From contig JBBISL010000005.1 of assembly GCA_037441285.1 (NCBI GenBank), positions 1-64,000 of the forward strand: a DNA stretch of 64,000 bases, in the 5' to 3' direction. The DNA is from a candidate division WOR-3 bacterium (GTDB taxonomy: Bacteria; Hydrothermota; Tepidihabitantia; Tepidihabitantales; Tepidihabitantaceae). The notes under the pieces are model-generated. The model saw nothing but the letters and a program-made list of their open reading frames with translations. It was not told the DNA's origin and ran no database searches. Below are positions 1 through 10,044 of this stretch, piece by piece; position 1 is the stretch's first letter, and each line of letters begins with the position of its first letter. A program made the position numbers and the translations under genes.

Positions 1-2
1 CT

Positions 3-1472
3 GTTCAGACTAACACCAAGGTTGTTGAACGCTGTATTTTGATGACGACCGACCCGGGTGATTTGGTATTTGACCCGACCTGCGGTTCGGGCACTACCGC
101 CTATTGTGCGGAAAAATGGGGCAGGCGCTGGATTACCTGCGACACTTCAAGGGTGGCATTGGCAATTGCCCGGCAGAGGCTTCTGACCGCAAGGTATGAC
201 TATTTTGAACTCCTTGACCCGCAGCGCGGACCCGGTGGCGGTTTTAAGTATGAAACCGTTCCCCACATCACCCTTGAGTCCATCGCCAAAAATTCAGAGA
301 TAGATGTGATTGCTGCCAAATATCAACCGGAGATTGATAAGGCGCTAAAGGACCTGAATAAGGCTTTGGGCAACAAGTGGCAGGAGTGGGAGGTGCCGCG
401 CGAGGCAGACCGGTTATGGAACAAAGCGGCAAAAGAGGCACATCGCCGGTTCTGGGAACTCAAGCGCGCCAAACGGCAGGAAATTGACGCCAGCATTCAG
501 CGCAATGCACCGCAGGAGACTTTGTACGACCGACCTTTTGTGAAAAAGGGTGTGGTGCGGGTGAGCGGACCTTTTACCGTTGAGGCGATTCCACCACCAG
601 TTGTTTCCATCCCCGAGGCGACACCGATTCTTAGTTATGAAGCAGAGGAGGGCAGGGTTGATAATCGGGCAGGTGATTACATAATGACGATGATTAACCT
701 TCTGCAACAGCAGGGTGGTGTGGTCTTTCCCGGTGGCAAGCGGCTGGAACTGAAGGACATCAGGTCCATCGGTCTCGGTTATATCCATGCCCAGGCAGAG
801 GCGGAGATGGACGGCGCAATTAAGAGGGTGGCGATAAGTTTTGGACCAAAGAATGGACCGGTTACCGCCTATCAGGTGCGGGAAACGATTGACCCGGCAA
901 TCTGGAATAAGTTTGATATTTTGCTAATCGCCGGCTTCAGTTTCGCGCCCGATGTCCACTCTTTTGCCCGAAAGTCAGAGGAAGCGGTAAGGAGGCTGAC
1001 GATTCAGTGTGTCAATATTACCCCTGATGTGCTGATTGGCGATTTGCTGAAAACCAGTCGGGCAAGTCAGATTTTTACCGTTTTTGGCGAACCGGATGTG
1101 GATGTAAAAGGGCAGAACGACGGCACATTTGTCGTTACCCTTAAGGGTGTGGACATCTACGACCCGGTTAAGGGCGAGGTTCATTCTGAAAAAGGGGAAA
1201 ATGTGGCGGCGTGGTTTTTAGATGCCGATTACGACGGAATGACCTTCCATATCTGTCAGGCGTTCTTCCCCGGTGACCGGGATGCCTGGGATAAACTGCA
1301 GCGGGCGCTTAAAGCACAGATTGAGCCGGCGTCGTTTGAGAAGATGCGCGGCACCCAATCCCTCCCGTTCAAACCGGGTGAATATAAACGGATTGCGGTC
1401 AAAGTCATTGACTTTCGGGGAAACGAGGTGGTAAGGGTAATGGAGTTGGGAAGCAAATCAGCAGGGAAATGA
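3..1472 (+). CDS. DNA methyltransferase, type III RM Mod-like subunit (5' partial)
   Basis: Frame is open from the window edge (VQTNTKVVERCILMTTDPGD). SAM-binding motif DPTCGSGTT; C-terminal IAVKVIDFRGNE. Lies upstream of a Res helicase-nuclease gene. Confidence 0.9.
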   Translation, partial: VQTNTKVVERCILMTTDPGDLVFDPTCGSGTTAYCAEKWGRRWITCDTSRVALAIARQRLLTARYDYFELLDPQRGPGGGFKYETVPHITLESIAKNSEIDVIAAKYQPEIDKALKDLNKALGNKWQEWEVPREADRLWNKAAKEAHRRFWELKRAKRQEIDASIQRNAPQETLYDRPFVKKGVVRVSGPFTVEAIPPPVVSIPEATPILSYEAEEGRVDNRAGDYIMTMINLLQQQGGVVFPGGKRLELKDIRSIGLGYIHAQAEAEMDGAIKRVAISFGPKNGPVTAYQVRETIDPAIWNKFDILLIAGFSFAPDVHSFARKSEEAVRRLTIQCVNITPDVLIGDLLKTSRASQIFTVFGEPDVDVKGQNDGTFVVTLKGVDIYDPVKGEVHSEKGENVAAWFLDADYDGMTFHICQAFFPGDRDAWDKLQRALKAQIEPASFEKMRGTQSLPFKPGEYKRIAVKVIDFRGNEVVRVMELGSKSAGK

Positions 1473-1481
1473 AAATTTTGC

Positions 1482-1509
1482 TTGACAGGTGGGTTCTGAG
1501 TATTATAAT
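1482..1509 (+). promoter_or_regulatory. sigma70-type promoter for the NYN gene
   Basis: TTGACA (1482-1487), 16 bp, TATAAT (1504-1509); both hexamers are perfect consensus. Confidence 0.8.
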
Positions 1510-1531
1510 AAAAATGAAAAGATTATCTGCC

Positions 1532-1565
1532 CCCCGCGTGACATGCCACAAGGCCTCATGCGGGG
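1532..1565 (+). promoter_or_regulatory. structured 5' leader hairpin of the NYN gene
   Basis: CCCCGCGTGA (1532-1541) pairs with TCATGCGGGG (1556-1565), one GU pair; inner stem-loop GCC-ACAA-GGC. Confidence 0.6.
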
Positions 1566-1575
1566 TTATCCTTTT

Positions 1576-2202
1576 ATGACATCTGAACCGCAGAAAAAAC
1601 GGGCTATTATTTTCGTTGATGGACAGAATTTATTTTATGCGGTGAAAGTAGCGTTTGGTTATACTTACCCCAATTACGATGTGATGGCATTAGCCGAATG
1701 GATATGCGGTCATAACAACTGGGAACTTGAGGAAGTAAGATTTTATACAGGGATTCCGGATGTTCAGGATGACCCGAAGTGGAATAAATTCTGGTCTCGC
1801 AAACTGAGTGTAATGGGGAAAATGGGGGTGCGCATATTTTCCCGTCCACTTCGGTACCGGAATCAAAGTATAATCCTACCCGATGGTTCTCAAAAAACAG
1901 TACTTGTCGGACAGGAAAAAGGTGTTGATGTGAGATTAGCGCTGGATGTGGTGCGCATTGCACGGGAAGGTAGGTGTGATGTAATCGTTCTGTTCAGCCA
2001 GGACCAGGATTTATCTGAGGTAGCGGAGGAAATTCGCCTTATCGCCCGTCAGCAGAATCGTTGGATAAAAATAGTTAGCGCGTTTCCGACCAGCCCAACA
2101 TACGCCAATACGCGAGGTATTGATAAGACCGACTGGGTTCGTATTCCTCGCCATGTGTACGATGCGTGCATTGATGGACGAGACTATCGGCAGGAGGAAT
2201 AA
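1576..2202 (+). CDS. NYN-domain (PIN-like, LabA/DUF88) ribonuclease
   Basis: Motifs IFVDGQNL, QEKGVDVRLALD, FSQDQDL. Start moved to ATG 1576 because the track start (1489) lies inside the promoter. Stop overlaps the res start (TAATG). Confidence 0.88.
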   Translation: MTSEPQKKRAIIFVDGQNLFYAVKVAFGYTYPNYDVMALAEWICGHNNWELEEVRFYTGIPDVQDDPKWNKFWSRKLSVMGKMGVRIFSRPLRYRNQSIILPDGSQKTVLVGQEKGVDVRLALDVVRIAREGRCDVIVLFSQDQDLSEVAEEIRLIARQQNRWIKIVSAFPTSPTYANTRGIDKTDWVRIPRHVYDACIDGRDYRQEE

Positions 2203-4985
2203 TGTCCCTCCTCGTTGATAACCCAATCATTAATTCGCCGTTTGAGGAACCAAACCGCTGGTGGGCTTATGAGGAAGGGCAGCCAGTATTAAGACCAGGA
2301 CGCCGGCCTGCAGGTTATTATCTGAAACCACGCACCCGGGGCGAACAGGTAGCACTGTTTGAGGAAGAATTTGTTGAACTCACAATGGTCAATACCATCC
2401 GCGCCAGGGTGAAGGCGTGGCGGGAACATGGTTATCCAGGGGTTACCAATATCACCCGGCAGTTGCTGAATTACTGGCACAATCCAGAACGGGAACGAAA
2501 ACTTTTCTTCTGTCAGTTAGAGGCGGTTGAGACGCTTATCTGGCTGATTGAAGGACCACCAGCAGACCGGCAGGGCATTGACATTCCCAAAGACAATGAA
2601 CTCATTCGCTATGCCTGTAAGATGGCAACCGGTTCGGGCAAAACGGTGGTAATGGGAATGGTCATCGCCTGGCAGGTGTTAAACAAACTTATCAATCCGC
2701 AGGACCGCCGGTTTTCTGATGCGGTGCTTATCCTGTGTCCAAATCTGACCATCCGGGAGCGGTTGCAGGTACTTCTGCCGGCGCATAAGCAGAACTATTA
2801 TGTGCGGTTTGATTTGCTACCACCCGGACTTTTTCCCCGACTTAATCAGGGCAGATTTTTTGTTACCAACTGGCATACCCTTTTACCGGTTGATGACAGC
2901 CGGTCAAAGTCGGTAGTGCAAAGGGGCGTAGAGTCCGACACCGCTTTTTGTCGCCGGGTTTTGAAGGAACTCGGGGGAAAGTTGCATATTCTTGTAATCA
3001 ACGATGAGGCACATCATGCCCATCGGCCCGCGCCGCTTGCCGAAGAGACAAGGAAGGAATTAACGAAAGAGGAGATTGCGGAACGGGAAGAGGCAACGGT
3101 CTGGGTTAACGGTCTGGACCGGATTCAGCGGGTTAGAGGGATAAATTTCTGTGCCGATTTTTCGGCAACCCCGTTTTACATTCGGGGTAGCGGGTATCCT
3201 GAAGGCGAGCCGTTTCCCTGGGTGGTTTCCGATTTCGGTCTGGTTGATGCGATTGAATGCGGGATTGTAAAAATTCCGCGGGTGCCGGTTGATGATAACA
3301 CTGGTGCCTTGATTCCCCGTTATTTCCGGCTCTGGGAGTGGATTAACGAACAATTACCCCATTCTGAACGGTCAACTACCAGGCGCCGCGCCAATCCAGA
3401 GTCGGTGCTACGGGAGGCAGAGGATGCGCTGGCAACACTGGCGTCAGAGTGGAAAAGGACCTTTGACGCCTGGCGAAATACAAATCAACCGGTGCCACCG
3501 GTGATGATTGTAGTTTGCGACAATACCGATTTAGCCCAACTGGTTCATCAGCACATCGCTCAGGGAAATATTTTAAGTGAACTTGCCAATGGGGATGGGC
3601 AGGAGGTAACCTTTCGGATTGACACCAAACTTTTAGCCGAAGCCGAGGCGGCAAAGGAAGGAGAAACCAAAGCCGATACCGCCGAGCGATTGCGCAAGGC
3701 GGTGGACACAGTGGGGAAGACCGAATGGGGCGGTGAAGGCGAGCCTCCGGGGAAGAATATCCGCTGTGTGGTTGCGGTTGGGATGCTGAACGAAGGCTGG
3801 GATGCCCAGAATGTGACACAGATTCTTGGTTTGCGGGCGTTTACCTCGCAACTGTTGTGCGAGCAGGTAGTGGGCAGGGGTCTGCGGCGGTTGAATTACG
3901 ACGACTTTACCGAACCGGAATATGTTGATGTCTATGGGGTGCCGTTTGAGGTAATCCCGGTTAAAAAGAAGCCGGCAAGCCGCTCTGACACCCCCAAAAT
4001 TTCCACTTTGGTCCAGGCGCTGAAGGAACGGGAGGAACTGGCGATAACATTTCCCCGGGTGGAAGGGTATGTGTTTGATGTAAAGCAGCGCATAAAACTC
4101 AATCTGAAGGATGTTCCGTATCTGGTGGTGGACCCGCACCAGGCACCAACCGAAGTTATAAGTAGACCGCAGGTTGGTTATCGTTTAAGCAGACCGGACC
4201 GGCTTGGACCGGGTAAAGAAGTGTTGCAGGACCGTAATCCGTTCCATCGGGAAAAGCGGTTGCAGGCAACGGTGTATGAAATTGCCTGCGAATTAACCGA
4301 GCGGTTGAAAAGCAAGCGTGAGGACTGGAATGCCCGCCACATCCTTTTTCCGCAGGTGCTGGAAATCGTCTGGCAGTATATTGAGGGGCGGGTGCGGATT
4401 AATGACCTGAGCGTACCATTGGAAGATTTGGCACTGCTGAGGTACCGGCAGGCAATTGTTGACCGCTTGAGCGGTGCGATTGAACCGGATGAGGAGGCGG
4501 GCGAAAGGCCGCTTTTGCCGGTAATTGAGCATTTTCGGCCAATTGGGTCAACGCGCGATGTTATGTTTAGAACGAGCCGGCCCGCAGTTGGGACAACAAA
4601 GAGCCATATCAGCCATGTGGTTTTAGACACCGAAAAATGGGAGCACAGCGTCGCCTACCGACTGGAAAGAATTGATGAAGTTTTCAGTTATGCCCGCAAT
4701 GACCACCTTGATTTTGTGATACCTTATAATTGGCAGGATGTTGACCATGAGTACCGACCCGATTTTCTGGTACGGTGGAAAACAGAGCAGGGTGAAGTAA
4801 AAGTTATTCTTGAGGTGAAAGGGCTGGAGAGTGAAAGGGACCGGCAGAAGAGGCTCGCGGCTGAGCGCTGGGTAAAAGCGGTAAATCGTCTGGGCGAGTT
4901 TGGAAGATGGGCATACTGTGTTAGCCGTCATCCCCAAAGGGTAAGAGAGGATATTTTGCAAGCGATTGGCAGAATCAACCAGTAA
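2202..4985 (+). CDS. type III restriction endonuclease Res-like subunit (SF2 helicase plus PD-(D/E)xK nuclease)
   Basis: Walker A KMATGSGKT, DEAHH, SATP, EGWD, EQVVGRGLRR; C-terminal YRPDFLV...LEVKG. Confidence 0.9.
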   Translation: MSLLVDNPIINSPFEEPNRWWAYEEGQPVLRPGRRPAGYYLKPRTRGEQVALFEEEFVELTMVNTIRARVKAWREHGYPGVTNITRQLLNYWHNPERERKLFFCQLEAVETLIWLIEGPPADRQGIDIPKDNELIRYACKMATGSGKTVVMGMVIAWQVLNKLINPQDRRFSDAVLILCPNLTIRERLQVLLPAHKQNYYVRFDLLPPGLFPRLNQGRFFVTNWHTLLPVDDSRSKSVVQRGVESDTAFCRRVLKELGGKLHILVINDEAHHAHRPAPLAEETRKELTKEEIAEREEATVWVNGLDRIQRVRGINFCADFSATPFYIRGSGYPEGEPFPWVVSDFGLVDAIECGIVKIPRVPVDDNTGALIPRYFRLWEWINEQLPHSERSTTRRRANPESVLREAEDALATLASEWKRTFDAWRNTNQPVPPVMIVVCDNTDLAQLVHQHIAQGNILSELANGDGQEVTFRIDTKLLAEAEAAKEGETKADTAERLRKAVDTVGKTEWGGEGEPPGKNIRCVVAVGMLNEGWDAQNVTQILGLRAFTSQLLCEQVVGRGLRRLNYDDFTEPEYVDVYGVPFEVIPVKKKPASRSDTPKISTLVQALKEREELAITFPRVEGYVFDVKQRIKLNLKDVPYLVVDPHQAPTEVISRPQVGYRLSRPDRLGPGKEVLQDRNPFHREKRLQATVYEIACELTERLKSKREDWNARHILFPQVLEIVWQYIEGRVRINDLSVPLEDLALLRYRQAIVDRLSGAIEPDEEAGERPLLPVIEHFRPIGSTRDVMFRTSRPAVGTTKSHISHVVLDTEKWEHSVAYRLERIDEVFSYARNDHLDFVIPYNWQDVDHEYRPDFLVRWKTEQGEVKVILEVKGLESERDRQKRLAAERWVKAVNRLGEFGRWAYCVSRHPQRVREDILQAIGRINQ

Positions 4986-5009
4986 AACGCAGAGGGTGGT
5001 TATTTCGGG

Positions 5010-5038
5010 TTGACGCAATCAATTAAGGGGTTTATAAT
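5010..5038 (+). promoter_or_regulatory. sigma70 promoter, probably giving a leaderless glmM transcript
   Basis: TTGACG-17 bp-TATAAT ends 7 nt before ATG 5046; no Shine-Dalgarno (SD) sequence. Confidence 0.7.
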
Positions 5039-5045
5039 CTTTTGA

Positions 5046-6389
5046 ATGGGTGATTTGATATTTTCGGTGTCCGGTTTGCGCGGCGTGGTCAATAAGGATT
5101 TGAGCCCGGAAACGGTCCGGCGGTTTGCCGCAGCGTTTGGCAGGTTTATGAACGGCGGCAGGATGGCGCTGGGCAGGGATGCGAGATTGAGCGGAGCGGA
5201 ACTGGCAAGGGCGGCAAAGACGGGTCTGGCAGAGGCGGGTTGTTCAGTTGTTGACCTGGGCATATGTCCAACCCCAACCGTGGTTTATTTTGTGCGGCGG
5301 GAGCGGTTGCCGGGCGGTTTGGTGATTACCGCAAGCCACAATCCCGAGGAGTGGAACGGGATGAAGTTTGTGCACGCGCCGGGACGGTTTCTTTCACCGG
5401 AGGAGTTTGCCGCATTTCGGGCGCAGGTTGAGGGTCAGGGTTTCGTTGCGGCGGGTAGCCGGGGCGGCATTGAGGAAAAGGCAGACGGTGTGAGTAGCCA
5501 CATTGAAGCGATTGTGGAGAGTTCTTTGTTGCAGGGGATAAAGGGTGATGGGTTGCGCATCGGTGTTGATGCGGTTGATGGTGCGGCATCGGTTGCGGCG
5601 CCGCAACTTCTGGCACGGCTGGGGTGTAAAGTTAGAGAGGTTTTCTGTTCACCCGGGACCGGTAAAGGGTTTCCCCGGGGACCAGAGCCGAAGGCGGAGA
5701 ATTTAACCGCGCTTTGTGAACTGGTGCGCGGAGAAAAACTTGATGCCGGTTTTGCATTTGACCCGGATGGTGACCGGTTCAGTTGTGTTGATGAGCAGGG
5801 TGTGCCATTGGGCGAGGAGGCGACTTTGGCGCTGGCGGCGCTTTTTGTGCTCAAGCGGCGTTTGGGTCCGGTGGTGGTGAATCTGTCCACAAGTCGGATG
5901 ATTGAGGACATCGCTCAACGGTTCGGGGTTGCGCTGATGCGCACGAAAGTGGGTGAGGCGTTTGTCGTCCAGGGGATTTTGGAGCGGGGTGCGGTTTTAG
6001 GTGGCGAGGGTAATGGCGGGGTGATTCTGCCGGAGGTGAATTTGACCCGAGATGGGCTGGTTGCCGCAGCGCTAATGGTGGCGCTGATGAAGACGAGCGG
6101 GAAAAAACTTTCGGCGTTGCGCCAGGAGTTGCCAGAGTATCACATTGAAAAAGCAACGGTGTCAGCGGAAAGGTTCAGGGCAGAGGAGTTTATCGCCCGG
6201 CTCGAAGGGAAGTTGCCGTTTACCGGTATTGACCGGACCGAAGGGGTGCGGCTGCAAGGCAGGGATTGGTGGGTGCACATCCGCAAGAGTAACACCGAGC
6301 CGATTGTACGGGTTGTTGCCGAAGCCCGGACCCGGCAGGAGGTTGAAAACATTTTACAGGTTGTCACCCGAATGGTGGCACAGGGTTAG
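5046..6389 (+). CDS. glmM: phosphoglucosamine mutase (alpha-D-phosphohexomutase family)
   Basis: TASHNP phosphoserine loop, DPDGDR metal loop, GEGNGG, RKSNTEP; adjacent to glmS. Confidence 0.85.
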   Translation: MGDLIFSVSGLRGVVNKDLSPETVRRFAAAFGRFMNGGRMALGRDARLSGAELARAAKTGLAEAGCSVVDLGICPTPTVVYFVRRERLPGGLVITASHNPEEWNGMKFVHAPGRFLSPEEFAAFRAQVEGQGFVAAGSRGGIEEKADGVSSHIEAIVESSLLQGIKGDGLRIGVDAVDGAASVAAPQLLARLGCKVREVFCSPGTGKGFPRGPEPKAENLTALCELVRGEKLDAGFAFDPDGDRFSCVDEQGVPLGEEATLALAALFVLKRRLGPVVVNLSTSRMIEDIAQRFGVALMRTKVGEAFVVQGILERGAVLGGEGNGGVILPEVNLTRDGLVAAALMVALMKTSGKKLSALRQELPEYHIEKATVSAERFRAEEFIARLEGKLPFTGIDRTEGVRLQGRDWWVHIRKSNTEPIVRVVAEARTRQEVENILQVVTRMVAQG

Positions 6390-6397
6390 GAGGAGCG

Positions 6398-8221
6398 ATG
6401 TGTGGCATTGTCGGTTATGTTGGACCAAGAAATGTGGTTAATGTGGTGATGATTGGGCTGGAGCGGCTGGAGTATCGGGGTTATGACTCGTGTGGCATTG
6501 CGGTGCTGGACGGCGGGATTAAAATCCGCAAGACCGCAGGCCGGCTGCAGAAGTTGAAAGAGGTGCTGGAGCAGAGTCCAGTTGAGGGGAAATTGGGTAT
6601 TGGCCATACGCGCTGGGCAACGCACGGTGAGGTAACCGATGAGAATGCGCATCCGTTTCTGGACTGTCAGGGGAAGATTGCGCTCGTCCACAACGGAATC
6701 ATTGAGAACTATCGGGAGTTGCGTAAGGAGTTGATTGATGCCGGACACCGGTTTACTTCCAGTACCGATACCGAAGTCCTGGTTCACCTGATTGAGAGTT
6801 TTTATCGGCGGAATATGTTGACCGCGCTGCGCAAGGCGGTGGCACGGCTGAAAGGTGCTTATGCCCTGGTGGTGGTTTGTGCCGATGAACCGGACCGGTT
6901 TTACGCGGTGAAGATGGGTAGTCCGCTTTTAATCGGCAAAGGCAAGGACGAGTTTATTGTTGCTTCGGATGCGCCGGCGCTGGTCGGAATTGCGCGGCGG
7001 ATGATAGCGATGCAGGATGGTGAGATGGCGGTTGTGACCCAGAGTGGGGCAAAACTGTTTGATTTTGAGGGCAAAGAGGTAGCGCGGCAGTTTGCACCGA
7101 TTGAGTTGAAGGCGAAGGAGATTTCCAAGGGCAGGTATCAGCACTTTATGCGCAAGGAGATTTTTGAGCAGCCCGGGGTGCTGGAGACAAACATCAAGCG
7201 CCGGTTTCGGGAAGACGGAATTGCGCTCGACCCGGAGTTTTTGCTTTATCCGGATTACATTGAGCGCATTGGTCGGATTGTGATTCAGGCGTGTGGCACT
7301 TCGTACCATGCCGGTCTGGTGGGACGCTACTACTTTGAGAAGTTGAGCCGGATTCCGGTTTCGGTGGAGATTAGTTCGGAGTTGCGGACCGCAGATTTTA
7401 TCTATGAGAATGAGTCGCTGATGGTGGCAATCAGTCAGTCGGGTGAGACCGCAGATACGATTGCGGCGCTGCGTGATGCCCAGCGCCGGGGTGTCAAGAC
7501 GCTGGGTGTGCTCAATGTGCCGCGCTCATCAATCGCCCGTGAGGCCGATTCGGTTGTTCATATCCATGCCGGTCCTGAGATTGGGGTGGCATCAACCAAG
7601 GCTTACACCGCCCAGATTTTGACCCTACTTGCTCTGGCACTCTACTTTGGCAGGGTGCGCAAGGTAATAACCGATGAGCGACTCTGCCAGGTGCGGGATG
7701 AGGTCGGGCAACTGCCGGAAAAGATAAAAAAGATTCTTGAACTGGACCGCCGGATACGGGAGATTGCAACCCGGCTGGCGTTTGCCCACGACTTCATCTT
7801 TCTCGGTCGCGGCATAAACTATCCGAGTGCGCTGGAGGGCGCGCTGAAGTTGAAAGAGATTTCCTATGTGCACGCTACCGGTTATCCCGCGGGTGAGATG
7901 AAGCATGGACCAATTTCACTCATCAATGAGCAGGTGCCGGTGATTGGTATTGCGCTGCGCGATTCGGTTTACGATAAGATGGTGTCAAACCTTGCTGAGG
8001 CAAAGGCACGCCGGGGCAGGATAATTGCGATTGGCACCGAAGGCGATGAGGCGCTGGAGGAGCTTGCCGAGACGGTGCTTTATCTGCCGCCGGTACCAGA
8101 GTATCTGTCACCGATTGCGGTGGCGCCACCGCTGCAACTCCTTGCCTATCACATTGCGGTTTTGCGGGGCTGTGATGTTGACAAGCCGCGCAACCTGGCG
8201 AAGTCGGTTACCGTAGAGTAA
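6398..8221 (+). CDS. glmS: glutamine--fructose-6-phosphate aminotransferase
   Basis: N-terminal MCGIVG, GHTRWATHG, SQSGETADT, C-terminal PRNLAKSVTVE; SD AGGAG. Confidence 0.98.
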   Translation: MCGIVGYVGPRNVVNVVMIGLERLEYRGYDSCGIAVLDGGIKIRKTAGRLQKLKEVLEQSPVEGKLGIGHTRWATHGEVTDENAHPFLDCQGKIALVHNGIIENYRELRKELIDAGHRFTSSTDTEVLVHLIESFYRRNMLTALRKAVARLKGAYALVVVCADEPDRFYAVKMGSPLLIGKGKDEFIVASDAPALVGIARRMIAMQDGEMAVVTQSGAKLFDFEGKEVARQFAPIELKAKEISKGRYQHFMRKEIFEQPGVLETNIKRRFREDGIALDPEFLLYPDYIERIGRIVIQACGTSYHAGLVGRYYFEKLSRIPVSVEISSELRTADFIYENESLMVAISQSGETADTIAALRDAQRRGVKTLGVLNVPRSSIAREADSVVHIHAGPEIGVASTKAYTAQILTLLALALYFGRVRKVITDERLCQVRDEVGQLPEKIKKILELDRRIREIATRLAFAHDFIFLGRGINYPSALEGALKLKEISYVHATGYPAGEMKHGPISLINEQVPVIGIALRDSVYDKMVSNLAEAKARRGRIIAIGTEGDEALEELAETVLYLPPVPEYLSPIAVAPPLQLLAYHIAVLRGCDVDKPRNLAKSVTVE

Positions 8222-8272
8222 AAACAGAACCGTGGCACCGAAAAGGAAAAGACGGTTTTCGGGAAAACCGGT

Positions 8273-9040
8273 TCAGGGGAGAGTGGGCAGGGTGTCGGTT
8301 GCCGGGATTGAGAACCCAACCAGCCGGGTTTCGGTGCCGTTTTCAACATCGCGAATCGCGATGAGTCGGTGGGGCTGGGCAAGTTCATAGAGGAGCCGGA
8401 GCTGGCGCCGGGGCGCAACCGCATTCACCTCCCGGCAGAGAATGTCACCGAGCGGGGTTGAGACCATCTTGGTGCCGAGCACGGTGACATCAACCCGGCT
8501 GGTGCGGAATTCAAGCGGGATGATGATGTTCAACTGGAAATTCAAACCCGGGTCAAGAGGCAGCGCCCGGAACAGATGCTGGAGCATCTCAATCCCATAG
8601 GTGTTTTTGGTATTTTTGAAATCTTTTCGCTCACTGCCATCAACCGTGGTCTTGCGCAGTTCAATCCGTTCCGGTTCAAAGTCGGCTTCAACTTCGGTGA
8701 TGGAGATTTCGGTGGAAACTACCCGATAGGACCAGCGCGGTGTCAGGGTGTAACGGGTAAGGGCAAATGTGGTGGAGTCAAAGAAGAAAAAGGGAGCGGT
8801 TTGACCCTGGACGATGTTGGTGATGACGACGGTCGGTTCTCCCTCTTCTTCGTCAAACTGGACGATGGTCTTGCGGGTGTAAAGTACCGAGTCGTTACGG
8901 ACGATTTCGTAGAGGGCGGTTTCGCCATCCTGCCAATCGGGTGGTGTCAGTTCCGGTAATGGCTTGGACGCGGGCGAGCAGCCGGGCAAAAGCACCATTA
9001 CGACAATGAGCAGGACAAGGGGAAAGAGTTGCCGGTTCAT
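8273..9040 (-). CDS. putative lipoprotein (DUF3108-like, beta-rich)
   Basis: Signal peptide with lipobox LPGC; translationally coupled to rluD. Confidence 0.65.
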   Translation of the reverse strand: MNRQLFPLVLLIVVMVLLPGCSPASKPLPELTPPDWQDGETALYEIVRNDSVLYTRKTIVQFDEEEGEPTVVITNIVQGQTAPFFFFDSTTFALTRYTLTPRWSYRVVSTEISITEVEADFEPERIELRKTTVDGSERKDFKNTKNTYGIEMLQHLFRALPLDPGLNFQLNIIIPLEFRTSRVDVTVLGTKMVSTPLGDILCREVNAVAPRRQLRLLYELAQPHRLIAIRDVENGTETRLVGFSIPATDTLPTLP

Positions 9041-10044
9041 ATCTTTTTCTGGCGGGCAAGGTCTTCAAGGAATAGAAGCAGTTTTTCCATATCGGGCGGT
9101 AAAGGCGAGGTGAACTCAAGGTACTTTTTGGTTCGGGGATGGACAAATCCCAATCGGGCAGCGTGGAGTGCCTGACGATGAACGAGACCAAGAATCTGCT
9201 TGAACACCGGCTGGTGTTCTTTTTGGGTGAGTACGGATGGGGTTCGGCCGCCGTATTCCGGGTCACCGACAACCGGATGGCCAATGTGCTGGAGATGGAC
9301 GCGAATCTGATGGGTGCGGCCGGTTTTGAGCCGGAGCCGAAGATAGGTGCAGATGGCGTAGCGGCGCAGGACCTCGTAGTTGGTGAGTGCATTGCGGGCA
9401 GCAAAAGGGGTGACCGCCATGCGCAACCGGTCAATGGTGTGGCGGCCAATCGGGGCATCGATTGTGCCGGCAGACAGTTCAAAGTCACCCCAGGCAAAGG
9501 CAAGGTACTCGCGGACCACGGTGCGGTGCTCAATCTGGGCGCCAAGACTGCGTAACGCCTCATCGGTTTTGGCAAACATCAGAAGCCCGGTGGTGTCTTT
9601 GTCCAGGCGGTGCACAACCCCGGGGCGCAGCACCGAATCGGACCGCAACGGCAGGGTGCGACAGTGATACAAAAGACCGTTTATCAGCGTGTTGGTCCAG
9701 TTGCCCCGTGCCGGATGGACAACAAGTCCAGCCGGTTTGTCAACGACGACCACATCGTCATCTTCATAGACGATGTTTATGTCCATTGGCACCGGTTCAA
9801 TTGTGATTTCCGGTTCGTACTCAAACTCGGCGGTGATTTCATCTCCGGGCTTTACCCGATAACTGGGTTTTACCCGGCTGCCATTGACCAGCACCTTGCC
9901 CATTTCAATCAGGCTGCATGCCTTGTTCCGGGAGATGCCGATGCCGGAAAGTACCAGATACACATCGAGCCGTTTGCCCTGCAGACGCTGCGAGGCGATG
10001 CGCCGAAACTGTTTCGTCCGGGTGAGTTCCTGTTCTGTACTCAT
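9037..10044 (-). CDS. rluD: RluA-family (RluD-like) 23S rRNA pseudouridine synthase
   Basis: S4 domain RLDVYL, KPAGLVVHP, HRLDKDTTG, TGRTHQIRVH. Start at MSTEQ overlaps the amidase stop (ATGA). Confidence 0.9.
   Translation of the reverse strand: MSTEQELTRTKQFRRIASQRLQGKRLDVYLVLSGIGISRNKACSLIEMGKVLVNGSRVKPSYRVKPGDEITAEFEYEPEITIEPVPMDINIVYEDDDVVVVDKPAGLVVHPARGNWTNTLINGLLYHCRTLPLRSDSVLRPGVVHRLDKDTTGLLMFAKTDEALRSLGAQIEHRTVVREYLAFAWGDFELSAGTIDAPIGRHTIDRLRMAVTPFAARNALTNYEVLRRYAICTYLRLRLKTGRTHQIRVHLQHIGHPVVGDPEYGGRTPSVLTQKEHQPVFKQILGLVHRQALHAARLGFVHPRTKKYLEFTSPLPPDMEKLLLFLEDLARQKKI

Noticed and set aside
1..5000. Mobile-element boundary around the RM locus
   Set aside because: No att-like repeat, tRNA or recombinase is visible on the right flank; the left flank is outside the window.
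6389..6398. glmS ribozyme upstream of glmS
   Set aside because: Only 8 nt separate glmM and glmS; there is no room.
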